IMG/VR virus record: IMGVR_UViG_3300029130_000028
Coordinates: 1-33,908 of that record
Strand: one strand, 5' to 3'
Length of the DNA: 33,908 bases
Source: a virus
Below the pieces are notes generated by a model. It saw nothing but the letters and a program-made list of their open reading frames with translations, had not been told where the DNA came from and made no database searches. The stretch's first letter is position 1, and every line of letters begins with the position of its first letter. Made by a program: the position numbers and the translations under genes. Of this stretch, positions 14,231 to 23,434 are shown in pieces.

Positions 14231-14839
14231 TTACGCCGCGCCGCCCAAGATCGCCTTGAGGACGGCCTCAGCGGCTGCCTCAGTGGGCTGATCAGCACCC
14301 ACCAGCTTCCAGTCGTGGTTGGTGGTGTCGTCGCGCATCAGCGTGGCGGTCAGCTCCTGCGTCTGCCAGTCGATGGACTCTTCCTGCGTAGCAGCATCCA
14401 GGCCGGGCTGCTGGAACCGCGCCTTCGTCAGCACCACGGGCGCGTAGGTCACCACGCCGCCGCTCTGGTAACGGACGATAAAGCCGATGCCCACGTAGGG
14501 GATCTCCATGCCGTCGCCGTAGTGGGAGACCTGCACCGCGCCGCCGCCCGCCTGGATCTCGGTGGCCTCAGGCAGACCGAGGACAAACTTCTCCGCCGCC
14601 GTCAGAAGCCCGTCAACGGTCAGCGTGGCGGTGCCGTCTGCAAATACAGCCGCTGCGGTTTCTGCGGAAATGTTGTCGGCGTAGAACGTGTTGTCGTCCG
14701 TGGTATTCAGGGACAGAGATACGCTGACGCCCCGCGCCAGCAGCATGACGCCGCTGTAGGTGACCGCGCCGCCATCGTTGGAATACTTGGCCACGTACGG
14801 CTTGCTGAAGCCCGTACAGACCTTTCCTGCTGCGCTCAT
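14231..14839 (-). CDS. Major tail protein (phi13/TP901-1-like)
   Basis: The translation begins MSAAGKVCTGFSKPYVAKYSNDGGAVTYSG...FYADN. Its position is upstream of the chaperones. Confidence 0.8.
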   Translation of the reverse strand: MSAAGKVCTGFSKPYVAKYSNDGGAVTYSGVMLLARGVSVSLSLNTTDDNTFYADNISAETAAAVFADGTATLTVDGLLTAAEKFVLGLPEATEIQAGGGAVQVSHYGDGMEIPYVGIGFIVRYQSGGVVTYAPVVLTKARFQQPGLDAATQEESIDWQTQELTATLMRDDTTNHDWKLVGADQPTEAAAEAVLKAILGGAA

Positions 14840-14850
14840 AGCAGCACCTC

Positions 14851-15336
14851 CTATTTTATGATTTTTTCAATTTCGCGGCTGCACGCCGCGTCCATTGCCG
14901 TTTCCGCCGACTTCCTGGCGGAGTTCACGGCCTTGTCCACAAACTTTGTTTTTTTCCGGAAGGTAGTGCCGCTGTTGACGGACCTGGCGATCAATGCGTT
15001 GGGCTGTCCTCGCGGGTACTTTTCCGTCCGGGTGGAGTTGTACCCATCAAAGCCAAGTTTGACGTTGACAAACCCGTCATCATCCTTCATGCGGCTGATG
15101 CCAAAGCCATCCAGAAGCCCCGCCTTCTGCGGCAGGGTGACGGTGTCAACCAGGCCGTCGCCCTGAGCGCGGCCGTCGCCTACAGGAAGAGCCTGTATCG
15201 CGCGCCGCACCGAATCAGCCACGACCGCGGCACCGGCATAGACCGTCTTGCCCACCACGCCGTCCTTGGTGGACTGCTGCAGCTTGTTCAGTTGCTTGAT
15301 GTAGTTGTCGATGCCGGAGAACTCGAACCGCGCCAT
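14851..15336 (-). CDS. HK97 gp10-family tail-component protein
   Basis: The translation is MARFEFSGIDNYIKQLNKL...YPRGQPNALIARSVNSGTTFRKKTKFVDKAV. The ATG at 15336 overlaps the upstream stop (ATGA). Confidence 0.7.
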   Translation of the reverse strand: MARFEFSGIDNYIKQLNKLQQSTKDGVVGKTVYAGAAVVADSVRRAIQALPVGDGRAQGDGLVDTVTLPQKAGLLDGFGISRMKDDDGFVNVKLGFDGYNSTRTEKYPRGQPNALIARSVNSGTTFRKKTKFVDKAVNSARKSAETAMDAACSREIEKIIK

Positions 15337-15692
15337 CAGGCGAACACCTCCCAGTCCCACTCGTAGTGCCAGAAGCCGGTTTCTTCCTCAAACTGGCAGC
15401 TGTTCAGGCTCCAGACGATCTCCGCTGCGTCGAAGGCGGCCTCCAGCTCATCCCGCCAGGGGTCAAACTCCTGTTTCGTGAACAGGTCCGTAGAGCCGGT
15501 AACCGCTTTCTCGGCGTGGACGCCGCCGGCCTCGAAGTCGATCGCGCCGTCTTCCTGCCAGACCAGATAGCGGTCGGACTGGAGACGGCCGCCGTGGCTC
15601 ACAGCATCCGTCACGGCCAGGTGCGCCGCGATGACACGCTGTGCCCACAGTGGCGTTGTGCCCGATTCGGGCACATTTCGCTTTCTACTCAT
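15336..15692 (-). CDS. Head-tail joining protein, family unassigned (118 aa); palindrome copy 3 lies in codons 7-12
   Basis: The ATG at 15692 has the RBS GAGGTG. The C-terminus ...EIVWSLNSCQFEEETGFWHYEWDWEV is typical of Firmicutes phage connector-region proteins. Confidence 0.6.
   Translation of the reverse strand: MSRKRNVPESGTTPLWAQRVIAAHLAVTDAVSHGGRLQSDRYLVWQEDGAIDFEAGGVHAEKAVTGSTDLFTKQEFDPWRDELEAAFDAAEIVWSLNSCQFEEETGFWHYEWDWEVFA
15658..15674. repeat. Palindrome copy 3 (GTGCCCGATTCGGGCAC), inside coding sequence
   Basis: It is an exact 17-mer, identical to 2755-2771 and 23909-23925 and the reverse complement of 2115-2131. Confidence 0.9.
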
Positions 15693-16068
15693 GGGGCACC
15701 TCATACTTCTGCGCGATCCGGACGAGCGTCAAGTCCATGGACGGCGGGTAAACATCCTGCAGCTGCTGCACCAGTTCGATGCCGTACTGCGTGCCATCCT
15801 CCGTGACGGCGATGCACTGTGGGTTCACCGACGGCCGCGTCTGCGTCCGGATCACGCGCTCCACCTGCACCTGCGCCTGCTTGCCGCTGTAATACCGCTG
15901 CAGGCCGACGCGCCGCTCCGCGTAGAACAGCGTTTCCGCCAGCGTCAGCGCCGGCTTAGGCTGATAACCCGGCTGCGCCGCGTCGGTCACGGCGTAGATT
16001 CGTACTACGCCGTCCCGATAGGGCTGCGTGATTTGCCGGTCCTCAGGGCGAAACGGTAGTTTCCGCAT
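15685..16068 (-). CDS. Head closure / head-tail adaptor protein (SPP1 gp16-like family)
   Basis: The translation begins MRKLPFRPEDRQITQPYRDGVVRIYAV and continues with ...FYAERRVGLQRYYSGKQAQVQVERVIR. Position also supports the call. Confidence 0.7.
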   Translation of the reverse strand: MRKLPFRPEDRQITQPYRDGVVRIYAVTDAAQPGYQPKPALTLAETLFYAERRVGLQRYYSGKQAQVQVERVIRTQTRPSVNPQCIAVTEDGTQYGIELVQQLQDVYPPSMDLTLVRIAQKYEVPHE

Positions 16069-16354
16069 AGCTTTTCACCTGCCTGTCGTTCTGCATGGCC
16101 AGCAACCGGTTCAGATAGTTCGTCTCGAATACATCCAGCGCGTCGCTTAAGCCGTAACGGACATACTCCTTCAACAGCGTCAACGGCTCCCCGGGGTTCT
16201 CATAGTCACCAGCCGCGCCGAGCTTCTCGTCAATGTACGCCTCCCCGGAGGCGATGAGGTCGGACGCCTTGGCATCCGTAGCCTCATCGCTCCAGGTGAT
16301 GTTGCAGGCGAGTTTGACGGACGACAGCAGCGCGGCGTTCACCGCGCCCGCCAC
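16043..16354 (-). CDS. gp6-like head-tail connector protein (start uncertain, GTG)
   Basis: The translation ...LSSVKLACNITWSDEATDAKASDLIASGEAYIDEKLG matches the Phage_connect_1 pattern. It lies directly after the capsid gene. Confidence 0.65.
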   Translation of the reverse strand: MAGAVNAALLSSVKLACNITWSDEATDAKASDLIASGEAYIDEKLGAAGDYENPGEPLTLLKEYVRYGLSDALDVFETNYLNRLLAMQNDRQVKSYAETTVSP

Positions 16355-16356
16355 CG

Positions 16357-17832
16357 TTAAGACTTGGTGACGGTGACCTTGTAGGTCTTGGTGGTGGTGC
16401 CGTCAGCGGCAGTCACAACGACCTGCAGGGTGTTGCTGCCGGTCTTCCACGTGGCGGCGGTGCCGTTGTCGATCTCGGTGCCGTTCACGGTCAGCTTCAT
16501 GGCAGCCGCAGCGTTGCCGGGCACAGCGGTCACCACATCAGACGCGCTGGTGGTGGTCGCGGTGTAGGTCAGCGTGCCGGAGGCAAACGCGGGAGTCAGA
16601 GCCAGATCGCCCACAGTCAGAGCGGTCAGCGTGGCGTCGGTAGACGCTGCGGGAGGATCCACCTGCGTCACCTTGTAGGTGGCAGGCGTCAGGCCGGAGA
16701 TGTCCAGCACCAGGAAGGCGTTGTTATCCAGAGGCATACCATTGGCGTAGGCCTTGATCAGGTAGACGCGCTCGTCTTCCAGGAAGCGGTAGTGGTCGCT
16801 GTACTCGATGCGGCCCTCGGGGGAGGTGCCCGCCATGGCCAGGTAACGATAGCCGAGGCCCATCACGGCCTTACCGCGAGGCAGGGCGGCCGTCTGGATC
16901 ACGCTCATGGGATAGGGCAGGACGTCGTTGCGATACGTGCCGTCCGGGGCCATCAGCGTGGTGGCAGGCATCACCTTCTGCAGGTAGTCCTGGGGGTTCA
17001 CCAGCAGGATCACGTCGCGCACCTGGCGGGGCTTGCCATTGGGATCCGCCGCCATGATAGACAGCAGGTTGCCCACGGTGTGAGGAGACAGGTCGTCCAC
17101 CTTAATAGCAGCCTTCTCAGGGTATGCGCCGCCGGTCACGGTGACGCCGTCGCCCACCTGACGGGTCATGCCGATGGGCTTCTTGTTGCCGTCGCCGGCC
17201 ACGGAACCACCCTCCATGCCGTTGCTCAGCGCCTCGTACAGGGTCTGGCGGACGAAGTTGTCCAGCCACTCGGGCCCGAGCTCCAGCATGGCCTTGCAGA
17301 CCGGCAGAAATGCGGACAGCTTCAGCAGCGTGGTGGGGATCTTCTTAATACCGGCCGTCAGCTCCTTGACGATGTCGTCGCACAGATCGCCCCAGGCGGC
17401 CTCCTCGAAGCCATTGGTATTCACCATGATCTCCACGGCACCGCCGGTAGCGCGGAAGTTAATGCGGCTCAGCAGAGGATGAGCGGTCTGCAGCTCCTCA
17501 AATACGGAGTCAATGACGGTCTTCGGCAGGGCGACGTCCAGGCCGGTGACGGCCTGCCGGGGGTCGGAGGACTTCATGGCCGCGCCCAGCTTCTGATAGT
17601 AGGCACGCTCCTCCGTGGTCAGCTGATGCGCGCCGCGCTGGGCAAGGATGCGGGAATCGACTTCCTGCCGCAGGTCATCAAACCGCTGCTCGTACTCGGT
17701 CTGGATGTCCAGACCGATGCGCTGTATCATCTCGTCCAGAACGGAAGAGAATGCGCCGGTGTCGCCGGAGACGGCCGCCTGCTGGAGAGCCTGCCGCAGT
17801 TCCTCGCGGGTGCGAATGTCATTGTTGTTCAT
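16357..17832 (-). CDS. Major capsid protein (HK97 fold) with a C-terminal cadherin-like/Ig-like domain
   Basis: The ATG at 17832 has the RBS AAAGGAG. The size and its position after the ClpP-type protease fit a capsid protein. The C-terminal ~92 aa read LTALTVGDLALTPAFASGTLTYTATT...VNGTEI...GSNTLQVVVTAADGTTTKTYKVTVTKS. Confidence 0.88.
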   Translation of the reverse strand: MNNNDIRTREELRQALQQAAVSGDTGAFSSVLDEMIQRIGLDIQTEYEQRFDDLRQEVDSRILAQRGAHQLTTEERAYYQKLGAAMKSSDPRQAVTGLDVALPKTVIDSVFEELQTAHPLLSRINFRATGGAVEIMVNTNGFEEAAWGDLCDDIVKELTAGIKKIPTTLLKLSAFLPVCKAMLELGPEWLDNFVRQTLYEALSNGMEGGSVAGDGNKKPIGMTRQVGDGVTVTGGAYPEKAAIKVDDLSPHTVGNLLSIMAADPNGKPRQVRDVILLVNPQDYLQKVMPATTLMAPDGTYRNDVLPYPMSVIQTAALPRGKAVMGLGYRYLAMAGTSPEGRIEYSDHYRFLEDERVYLIKAYANGMPLDNNAFLVLDISGLTPATYKVTQVDPPAASTDATLTALTVGDLALTPAFASGTLTYTATTTSASDVVTAVPGNAAAAMKLTVNGTEIDNGTAATWKTGSNTLQVVVTAADGTTTKTYKVTVTKS

Positions 17833-17852
17833 TCTTTTTCTCCTTTCGATTC

Positions 17853-18623
17853 TCAAGAAAACAGTCCGAGAACTTTGTTGATTTTTTCAGGGCTTCCGCC
17901 GCCCTGGGGTTCCTTGTTGGGCGCAGGCACCCAGGGTGCCGCTGCCAAGTCGCGGAGCTGCGCCGCCAGCGATTTCTGATACCGGAGATGCTGCTCCATG
18001 CCGGCGTTCATCTTCTGCAGGATGGTGGACGCGCCGCTCATGTCAGCGTCGGTGTCGGCAAGGCGATCCGCGAGACCGAGCTCAACACACTGCTCAGCGG
18101 TCAGCCACGTTTCCGCGTCCATCATCTCCGACAAACGCTCCTCCGTCAGTTTGTCGCCGGCCTTCTGCAGATACGCCTGCCGCCCCGCAGCATTGATGAC
18201 GTCCAGGTCATCCGCCGCCTTCCGCAGCTCCGTGGCATTGCCGCAGGCGCACATCCACATGTTGTGGATCATCATCAGGGTGTTACGCGGCATGATCACC
18301 TCGTCGCCCGCCATGGCGATCACGGAGGCGATGGAACAGGCGAAGCCGTCCACGTGCACCACCTTCCGCGCCGGATGACGCTTCAGCTGGTTGTAGATCG
18401 CCGTGCCTTCAAAGACGCTGCCACCGTAGCTGTTGATGTAGATCTCGATGCGCGACACGTCGGGATGCTTCGCCAGCTCTTCGCGGAAGTGCTCCGCACT
18501 GTTGTCGCTCTGGACGTACCGCCAGCTCTCCCAATCGAACTCCTCGCCTTCTACGTCACCGTAGATGTAGAGCTGCAGGATGCCCTCCGCAGCCTGCTTG
18601 ATTTCCCAAAGGGGTTTCCTCAT
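17853..18623 (-). CDS. Prohead serine protease (ClpP family)
   Basis: The translation contains IYINSYGGSVFEGTAIYNQLKRHPARKVVHVDGFACSIASVIAMAGDEVIMPRNTLMMIHN. There is an ATGA overlap with the portal stop. Confidence 0.9.
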   Translation of the reverse strand: MRKPLWEIKQAAEGILQLYIYGDVEGEEFDWESWRYVQSDNSAEHFREELAKHPDVSRIEIYINSYGGSVFEGTAIYNQLKRHPARKVVHVDGFACSIASVIAMAGDEVIMPRNTLMMIHNMWMCACGNATELRKAADDLDVINAAGRQAYLQKAGDKLTEERLSEMMDAETWLTAEQCVELGLADRLADTDADMSGASTILQKMNAGMEQHLRYQKSLAAQLRDLAAAPWVPAPNKEPQGGGSPEKINKVLGLFS

Positions 18624-19804
18624 GCGTTTCCTCCTTCCGCACCGCCGAGCACAGAGGTCTCCGAACCCAGCGTTGCAATATTTTTCGTGAGATAGTGCTT
18701 GTCCGCCCAATCCTCCGAGATGGCGGGCAAACCTGCCGCCCGCAAGACCTCGTTGATGGAGAACACGCCGGAGCCGACCAGCTTCTCCACGTTCGCCGCG
18801 TTGGCGAACATATCGAAGTGGCGGATGCTGCTGGTATCAATGCGGAGATAGTCGCCGCGCTGGATCCGGTCGTAGCCGTACCGCTTGCGGTTGATTTCCT
18901 CCTGCAGCTGATCGCAGATGGGATCGATGCAGCCGGTCAGGAATCTGCCCTGCGCGTCCTCCGTGCCTTGGATGCTGCCATCCACCAGTACCGCCGGAAT
19001 CTGGAACGCCTTCGCCGTGAACGCGAAGATGTCCTTCATCTGGCTCTGGATGTCCGACAGTTCTACAGCAGCCTTACCGCCCTCGCTTGTGTAGGCGTAG
19101 CCGTCAAACTCCGGCAGGATAGAGCCATCAGAGTCGAGGAAGGTTTTTACCTGCTCTTCGATCATCTGCGAGAACTTCTGTGTGAAGTCATCCGCGCCGG
19201 AGGCCAGCTGACTCACGTGAACTTTCCAGTGCTGCCCCTTGTCCCACGCATACCGCCGCATGGCGGCATTGATGAGCCGCACGTAGGAGCCGTACAGGCC
19301 ATCCAGCACCGGCTTGATATTCACGTGGTTCAGCGTAAGATGCAGGACTTCCCGCTCGCGGAAGGTCTTCTCGTAGGACACATCGCCTACCTGCACGCTT
19401 GTGTACTCATTCTGCTTGCTGGGATAGCTGCCGCCGGTCATATAGCTGTCCGCTACGACCAACGCGTCATAACCCTCCCGCTGCCGGGTACCGATGACCA
19501 GCGCCTCATTGTCCACCAGCAGCTTCGCGACCAGCTTGTGCAGGAACGCCGTGGAGTTCTGGTTTACGTTCGGTTCCACGTTCCAGAGATAGTGTTCGCG
19601 CTCTCGAACTTCCTTGCCATCCCGGAACGTCCGGAATTCGCAGCGCCCGACGGCGTTGGCGATCATGTTCGCGCAGATCCAGAAGCAGGTGTCCCGCAGC
19701 TGGAATTCCTGCGCCGCTGCCAGAAGATCGCGGCACGTGATCTCCACCGTGGTGGGAGAACGAGCCTTACCTCCGGCGAGCCACTTCCAAAAATTAAGTG
19801 CCAT
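18620..19804 (-). CDS. Portal protein (HK97 family)
   Basis: The 394-aa ORF lies between terL and the protease. The translation begins MALNFWKWLAG... and the RBS is AGGAGGTGG. Confidence 0.88.
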   Translation of the reverse strand: MALNFWKWLAGGKARSPTTVEITCRDLLAAAQEFQLRDTCFWICANMIANAVGRCEFRTFRDGKEVREREHYLWNVEPNVNQNSTAFLHKLVAKLLVDNEALVIGTRQREGYDALVVADSYMTGGSYPSKQNEYTSVQVGDVSYEKTFREREVLHLTLNHVNIKPVLDGLYGSYVRLINAAMRRYAWDKGQHWKVHVSQLASGADDFTQKFSQMIEEQVKTFLDSDGSILPEFDGYAYTSEGGKAAVELSDIQSQMKDIFAFTAKAFQIPAVLVDGSIQGTEDAQGRFLTGCIDPICDQLQEEINRKRYGYDRIQRGDYLRIDTSSIRHFDMFANAANVEKLVGSGVFSINEVLRAAGLPAISEDWADKHYLTKNIATLGSETSVLGGAEGGNA

Positions 19805-19814
19805 TGCCCACCTC

Positions 19815-21500
19815 CTATAGCCGGATCGCGCCGATGGGCGGCAGCTTTACCGGCTCGCCGGTGCCAAGCACCGCCTCCTCAGTCATAGATGCCACCAGAG
19901 CCATGAACGGGTCCGTCTTCCGGCTCTTCGGTTCGATCTTGGCGTAGTAAAAATTTCCTGTATTCGTACCGGCACGTTGGCCGCTGCGCACTCTTTTGGT
20001 ATTGTTCACTCCCCAGCGCAGGGGGGGGTTGTCGCCCCATGTAAACAGGTCGCGATCAAAGCATTCCTGAATCACCGGGTCAACCTGCATGATGTCGCTG
20101 GGTCGAACCAGCTTCACGCGGTTCTTGTCCCTGGCGTCAAAGCCGATGCGCCGCATGGCGTCGCTCACCAGCGTCCAGCGGAAGTGGTCCATTGCCAGTT
20201 TGACGATGCTGTACTTCAAGCCCATCTCCTTCAGGTAGTCCGCCAGGAGGTTGGGGTCGATACTCACATCGTCCACCACCGTCAGCTTTCCCGCCTCCGC
20301 CCAAGCTCGCCACGGGGCGACGATGCGGGAGAGCGACCGGCTCTGCAGGCAGACCCACGAATGGTTGATGTCGAAGCGCTGCGCTCCGATGCGGAAGTGC
20401 AGATTGACGCTCGCCCAGTCGTTGATCTCCGCGTAGTCGATGCCGGCCACGCAGGACTTTCCGCGGAGATCCGGCAGCGGCCGGTTGGTCGCCTTGACCT
20501 TGGCATAGTCCGTCACGCTGATCTCCAGCTGGCCGGCGCGGAGACCCATGCGCTTTGTCAGGAAGTCCCCATTCTGCTCCGGGTTGACCAGCCAGTCCGC
20601 GTATTCCTCCTCGATCTCTTGCCGCAGGTGAGGGACATAGGACAGCGATGGGTTCGCCATGAACCAGTTCTCCGGGTCATTGACCTGCTCCCGGTTTTCC
20701 AGGCAGCAGATGAACGGGAGATAGCCCCCCTCCGGCTCCGCTTCGTTCTCGAAGAGGATCCGCCGCCCCTGAGCTATGAAGTCATCCAGCGGGCCATCAG
20801 ACACGTCGCCGTTCGATGTGAACATCCCGATGCGCGGCTGTCCGACCTTACCCAGACCGGTGACGAAAACCTTGTAGTTGTTGTAGTTCTCAAAGGCGTG
20901 GACTTCGTTAAAGACGACCTTGCCGGAGCGCATACCATCTCGCCCCTTGGGGTTGTTGGTGCGCCCCTTCATCACGCCCTTGTTCTTCCGACCCTGCACC
21001 ATCTCCTTGGTGTGGTAATAGTGCCGGTTGAGCTTTGACTCCCACTTAGGGGATTCAAGGACTTCGGACAGATCCTTCACCGGCGTGACCGCCTGCTCCT
21101 CGTTGTTGGCGCACACGTCCACGTTGTAGTTCTTCACGGGATTGTAAGGGGAGATGGAGCACGCGCCATCAAAGGCGATGAAGCCGTCCTTTCCTGCGCC
21201 GCGCCCCACCATGCAGAGCAGCTTTTTCCACCGTGGCCGCCCATCGGCGCGATACGTACAGTCCCACAGCGCGAGGAGGAACTCCTCCCACGGGAACAGC
21301 CGCTCATAGGGGAAGTAGCGCAGCAGGCTCAGATACCGGCGCAACTGCTCCGTGTCTACGCAGATGTCCTCCGTGTCGAACACGCGGCGGATCATCGCCA
21401 CCAGCGCGTGCTGTTCGGGACAGGCGCGGGGATTATTGGACTCGACAATCTCGATATAGCGCAGAACCTCCGCGGGGATCTCACAGCTCATCGTCATCAT
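19815..21500 (-). CDS. terL: Terminase large subunit
   Basis: The ORF is 561 aa. Walker A-like MVGRGAGKD is present, followed by the nuclease half. It overlaps the terS end. Confidence 0.92.
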   Translation of the reverse strand: MMTMSCEIPAEVLRYIEIVESNNPRACPEQHALVAMIRRVFDTEDICVDTEQLRRYLSLLRYFPYERLFPWEEFLLALWDCTYRADGRPRWKKLLCMVGRGAGKDGFIAFDGACSISPYNPVKNYNVDVCANNEEQAVTPVKDLSEVLESPKWESKLNRHYYHTKEMVQGRKNKGVMKGRTNNPKGRDGMRSGKVVFNEVHAFENYNNYKVFVTGLGKVGQPRIGMFTSNGDVSDGPLDDFIAQGRRILFENEAEPEGGYLPFICCLENREQVNDPENWFMANPSLSYVPHLRQEIEEEYADWLVNPEQNGDFLTKRMGLRAGQLEISVTDYAKVKATNRPLPDLRGKSCVAGIDYAEINDWASVNLHFRIGAQRFDINHSWVCLQSRSLSRIVAPWRAWAEAGKLTVVDDVSIDPNLLADYLKEMGLKYSIVKLAMDHFRWTLVSDAMRRIGFDARDKNRVKLVRPSDIMQVDPVIQECFDRDLFTWGDNPPLRWGVNNTKRVRSGQRAGTNTGNFYYAKIEPKSRKTDPFMALVASMTEEAVLGTGEPVKLPPIGAIRL

Positions 21501-22095
21501 CGCCCCGGGCGGCAGCTGCCAGAGCGTCCTCCTTAAAGCCCAGCGTGGTGAAGATCGCCAGCATCTGGCGGGAGACCTGGATCTCCAGCGACACGCTGCG
21601 GTTTTCCATCAGCCGCCCCCGGTCATCCGTGACGGTCAGCCCGCGCCGGGCAATGTCGTCCCGCAGCTCCTGCCGCCGAACCCAAAAGTCCATATATTCC
21701 TGCACCTTGTCCCGGTACACGTCGCCGTCAAGATCTCTGTCGCTCAGATTCTGCAGCATCGACTGCCGGAGTTCCTTATAGGCGTCCGTCAGGCGGTAGT
21801 TCTTCCTCTTCTGCGGCGGCGCGTCATGGCACGCCCGCTGCGCCTCCAGGTGCCGCGCCATGGACACGTTCTTCTTCGCTGCGGCGACCTGCTCGCCGCG
21901 CAGAACAATGCGCCCCATCATAGCCAGCCGGTCAAACGCGCTCCGGAAGCCCTCGCCGTAGGTGTCCAAGCACCAAGCATTCAGAGCCGCCTCGTCGCAG
22001 CCAAACCAGCCACACAGCTCCTCCACGGAGCACTGCATACTGCACAAGCTCTCAAATTGCTTTCGGTCAAATTCACGCTGCCCGGTCACTACCAT
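21481..22095 (-). CDS. terS: Terminase small subunit (P27-like C-terminal region)
   Basis: The ATG at 22095 lies 4 nt after the radical SAM stop. The translation contains ...YKELRQSMLQNL...EYMDFWVRRQELRDDIARRGLTVTDDRGRLMENRSVSLEIQVSRQMLAIFTTLGF. It sits directly upstream of terL. Confidence 0.7.
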   Translation of the reverse strand: MVVTGQREFDRKQFESLCSMQCSVEELCGWFGCDEAALNAWCLDTYGEGFRSAFDRLAMMGRIVLRGEQVAAAKKNVSMARHLEAQRACHDAPPQKRKNYRLTDAYKELRQSMLQNLSDRDLDGDVYRDKVQEYMDFWVRRQELRDDIARRGLTVTDDRGRLMENRSVSLEIQVSRQMLAIFTTLGFKEDALAAAARGDDDDEL

Positions 22096-22099
22096 CACC

Positions 22100-23434
22100 T
22101 CACTTAAACGGTTTGCCCCACAACTTTTCAACTTTTGCATACGTCCGTAAATACCTGCTGGGGAGCGTTTCCGGACTGAATCGCCCGAATAGGGTATCCA
22201 CATCGAAGTAGCGCTCCAACGTGGCGACCCGGACTGCCGTTGACGCAGACCAGAACTTACGAGACCGCGAAACTCTCATAATCGCGTCCGTGTCCGCAGA
22301 TGACCCACGATGACAGATAGCCGACAGAATGACCGTGGGAAGAGATTCCGTTCCCATGCTTTCTACTGCCCAAAGGTTACGCCCTTGATAGATCAGATTA
22401 CCTTTAAGCCCAGCTCCAAGAACGTGCCCGATCTCTCCACGATAATTGCGGTAGCTCATAGGCTCACACGCCATGGGCGTGGCAGGCATAGCGCGGAACG
22501 GGGTACAGTGCAGAACGATAGACCAAGGCCTGTCTATTAACGCAGAATCCCTATCCGCTTGACCGATAACATCAACAATCTCATACCAGTCCGCCTCTGT
22601 CTCCGTCGGATACCCCACGATGCTGTATAGCTTAACCTGGTGCGGCTTGCCTTGATAGCGAAGCATTGCTCCCAAGAAGTCCAGCAGCACAGCCTTGGTA
22701 ATTGGCTTGTTGACCATCCGCCTAAGGCGCTCGCTCATTCCGTCAATAGAGGTCGTTCGTAGGCGCGAAAAATTTACTTCAGCAAGATTCTTGTGTAAAT
22801 CCAGCAACGCGCGTTCCTTCTCTGCAATCCCGCCAAACAGAGAATCCTGCATGTAGTAAAAGTTATCAGGGGAAACGAAGCGACGCTGCCAGGTGTAACC
22901 ACAGAACATGCACCTATGATTGCAACCGATAGGTCCTTCACGGAAGTCGCGGGTCTCGCTTAGTGAAATCTTGTGAGGATACGGGCTGGAAGCCTGAGCA
23001 ATCTTGTAAATACGATCCGGCGAGAATGTTTTACTGCACGCCACGCTCTCGTGCTCCCATCCTCCATCTCGCTCAATCCCGCGAACCAGCGGCACGATCA
23101 GATTCTCGCCACGACCAAAAATGAAGAAGTCGCCAAACGGCAGGAACGGCGCAATGTGGAGCAGACCCGCGCCGCCGATGACTACCTTGTAATTTCCCGG
23201 CTGCCACTTTGTTCGCTCCGAAATAAAGCTCCACCAATCGCAATCACTGGTTAAAGACACAAGCACCACATCGTAATTGTGAACCGTAGCCGCGCCCGCA
23301 TACTCAACCTCATACCCGGCACGCTCCAGGCAGTCCACAATGACACGAAGTCCGGCAAACTGACGCGTCTCCATGCACTCGTTCTTATAGTTGACTTTGG
23401 CATAAGCTTCTTGGACATAAGCACATATCTTCAT
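22100..23434 (-). CDS. Radical SAM enzyme with an N-terminal Rossmann/B12-binding-like domain (444 aa)
   Basis: GCNHRCMFCGY carries the CX3CX2C 4Fe-4S/SAM motif. The N-terminal region DVVLVSLTSDC...VVIGGAGLLH...FIFGRGENLIVPLV resembles class-B radical SAM N-domains. There is an ATGA overlap with the upstream gene. GC is lower than in the flanks. Confidence 0.85.
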   Translation of the reverse strand: MKICAYVQEAYAKVNYKNECMETRQFAGLRVIVDCLERAGYEVEYAGAATVHNYDVVLVSLTSDCDWWSFISERTKWQPGNYKVVIGGAGLLHIAPFLPFGDFFIFGRGENLIVPLVRGIERDGGWEHESVACSKTFSPDRIYKIAQASSPYPHKISLSETRDFREGPIGCNHRCMFCGYTWQRRFVSPDNFYYMQDSLFGGIAEKERALLDLHKNLAEVNFSRLRTTSIDGMSERLRRMVNKPITKAVLLDFLGAMLRYQGKPHQVKLYSIVGYPTETEADWYEIVDVIGQADRDSALIDRPWSIVLHCTPFRAMPATPMACEPMSYRNYRGEIGHVLGAGLKGNLIYQGRNLWAVESMGTESLPTVILSAICHRGSSADTDAIMRVSRSRKFWSASTAVRVATLERYFDVDTLFGRFSPETLPSRYLRTYAKVEKLWGKPFK

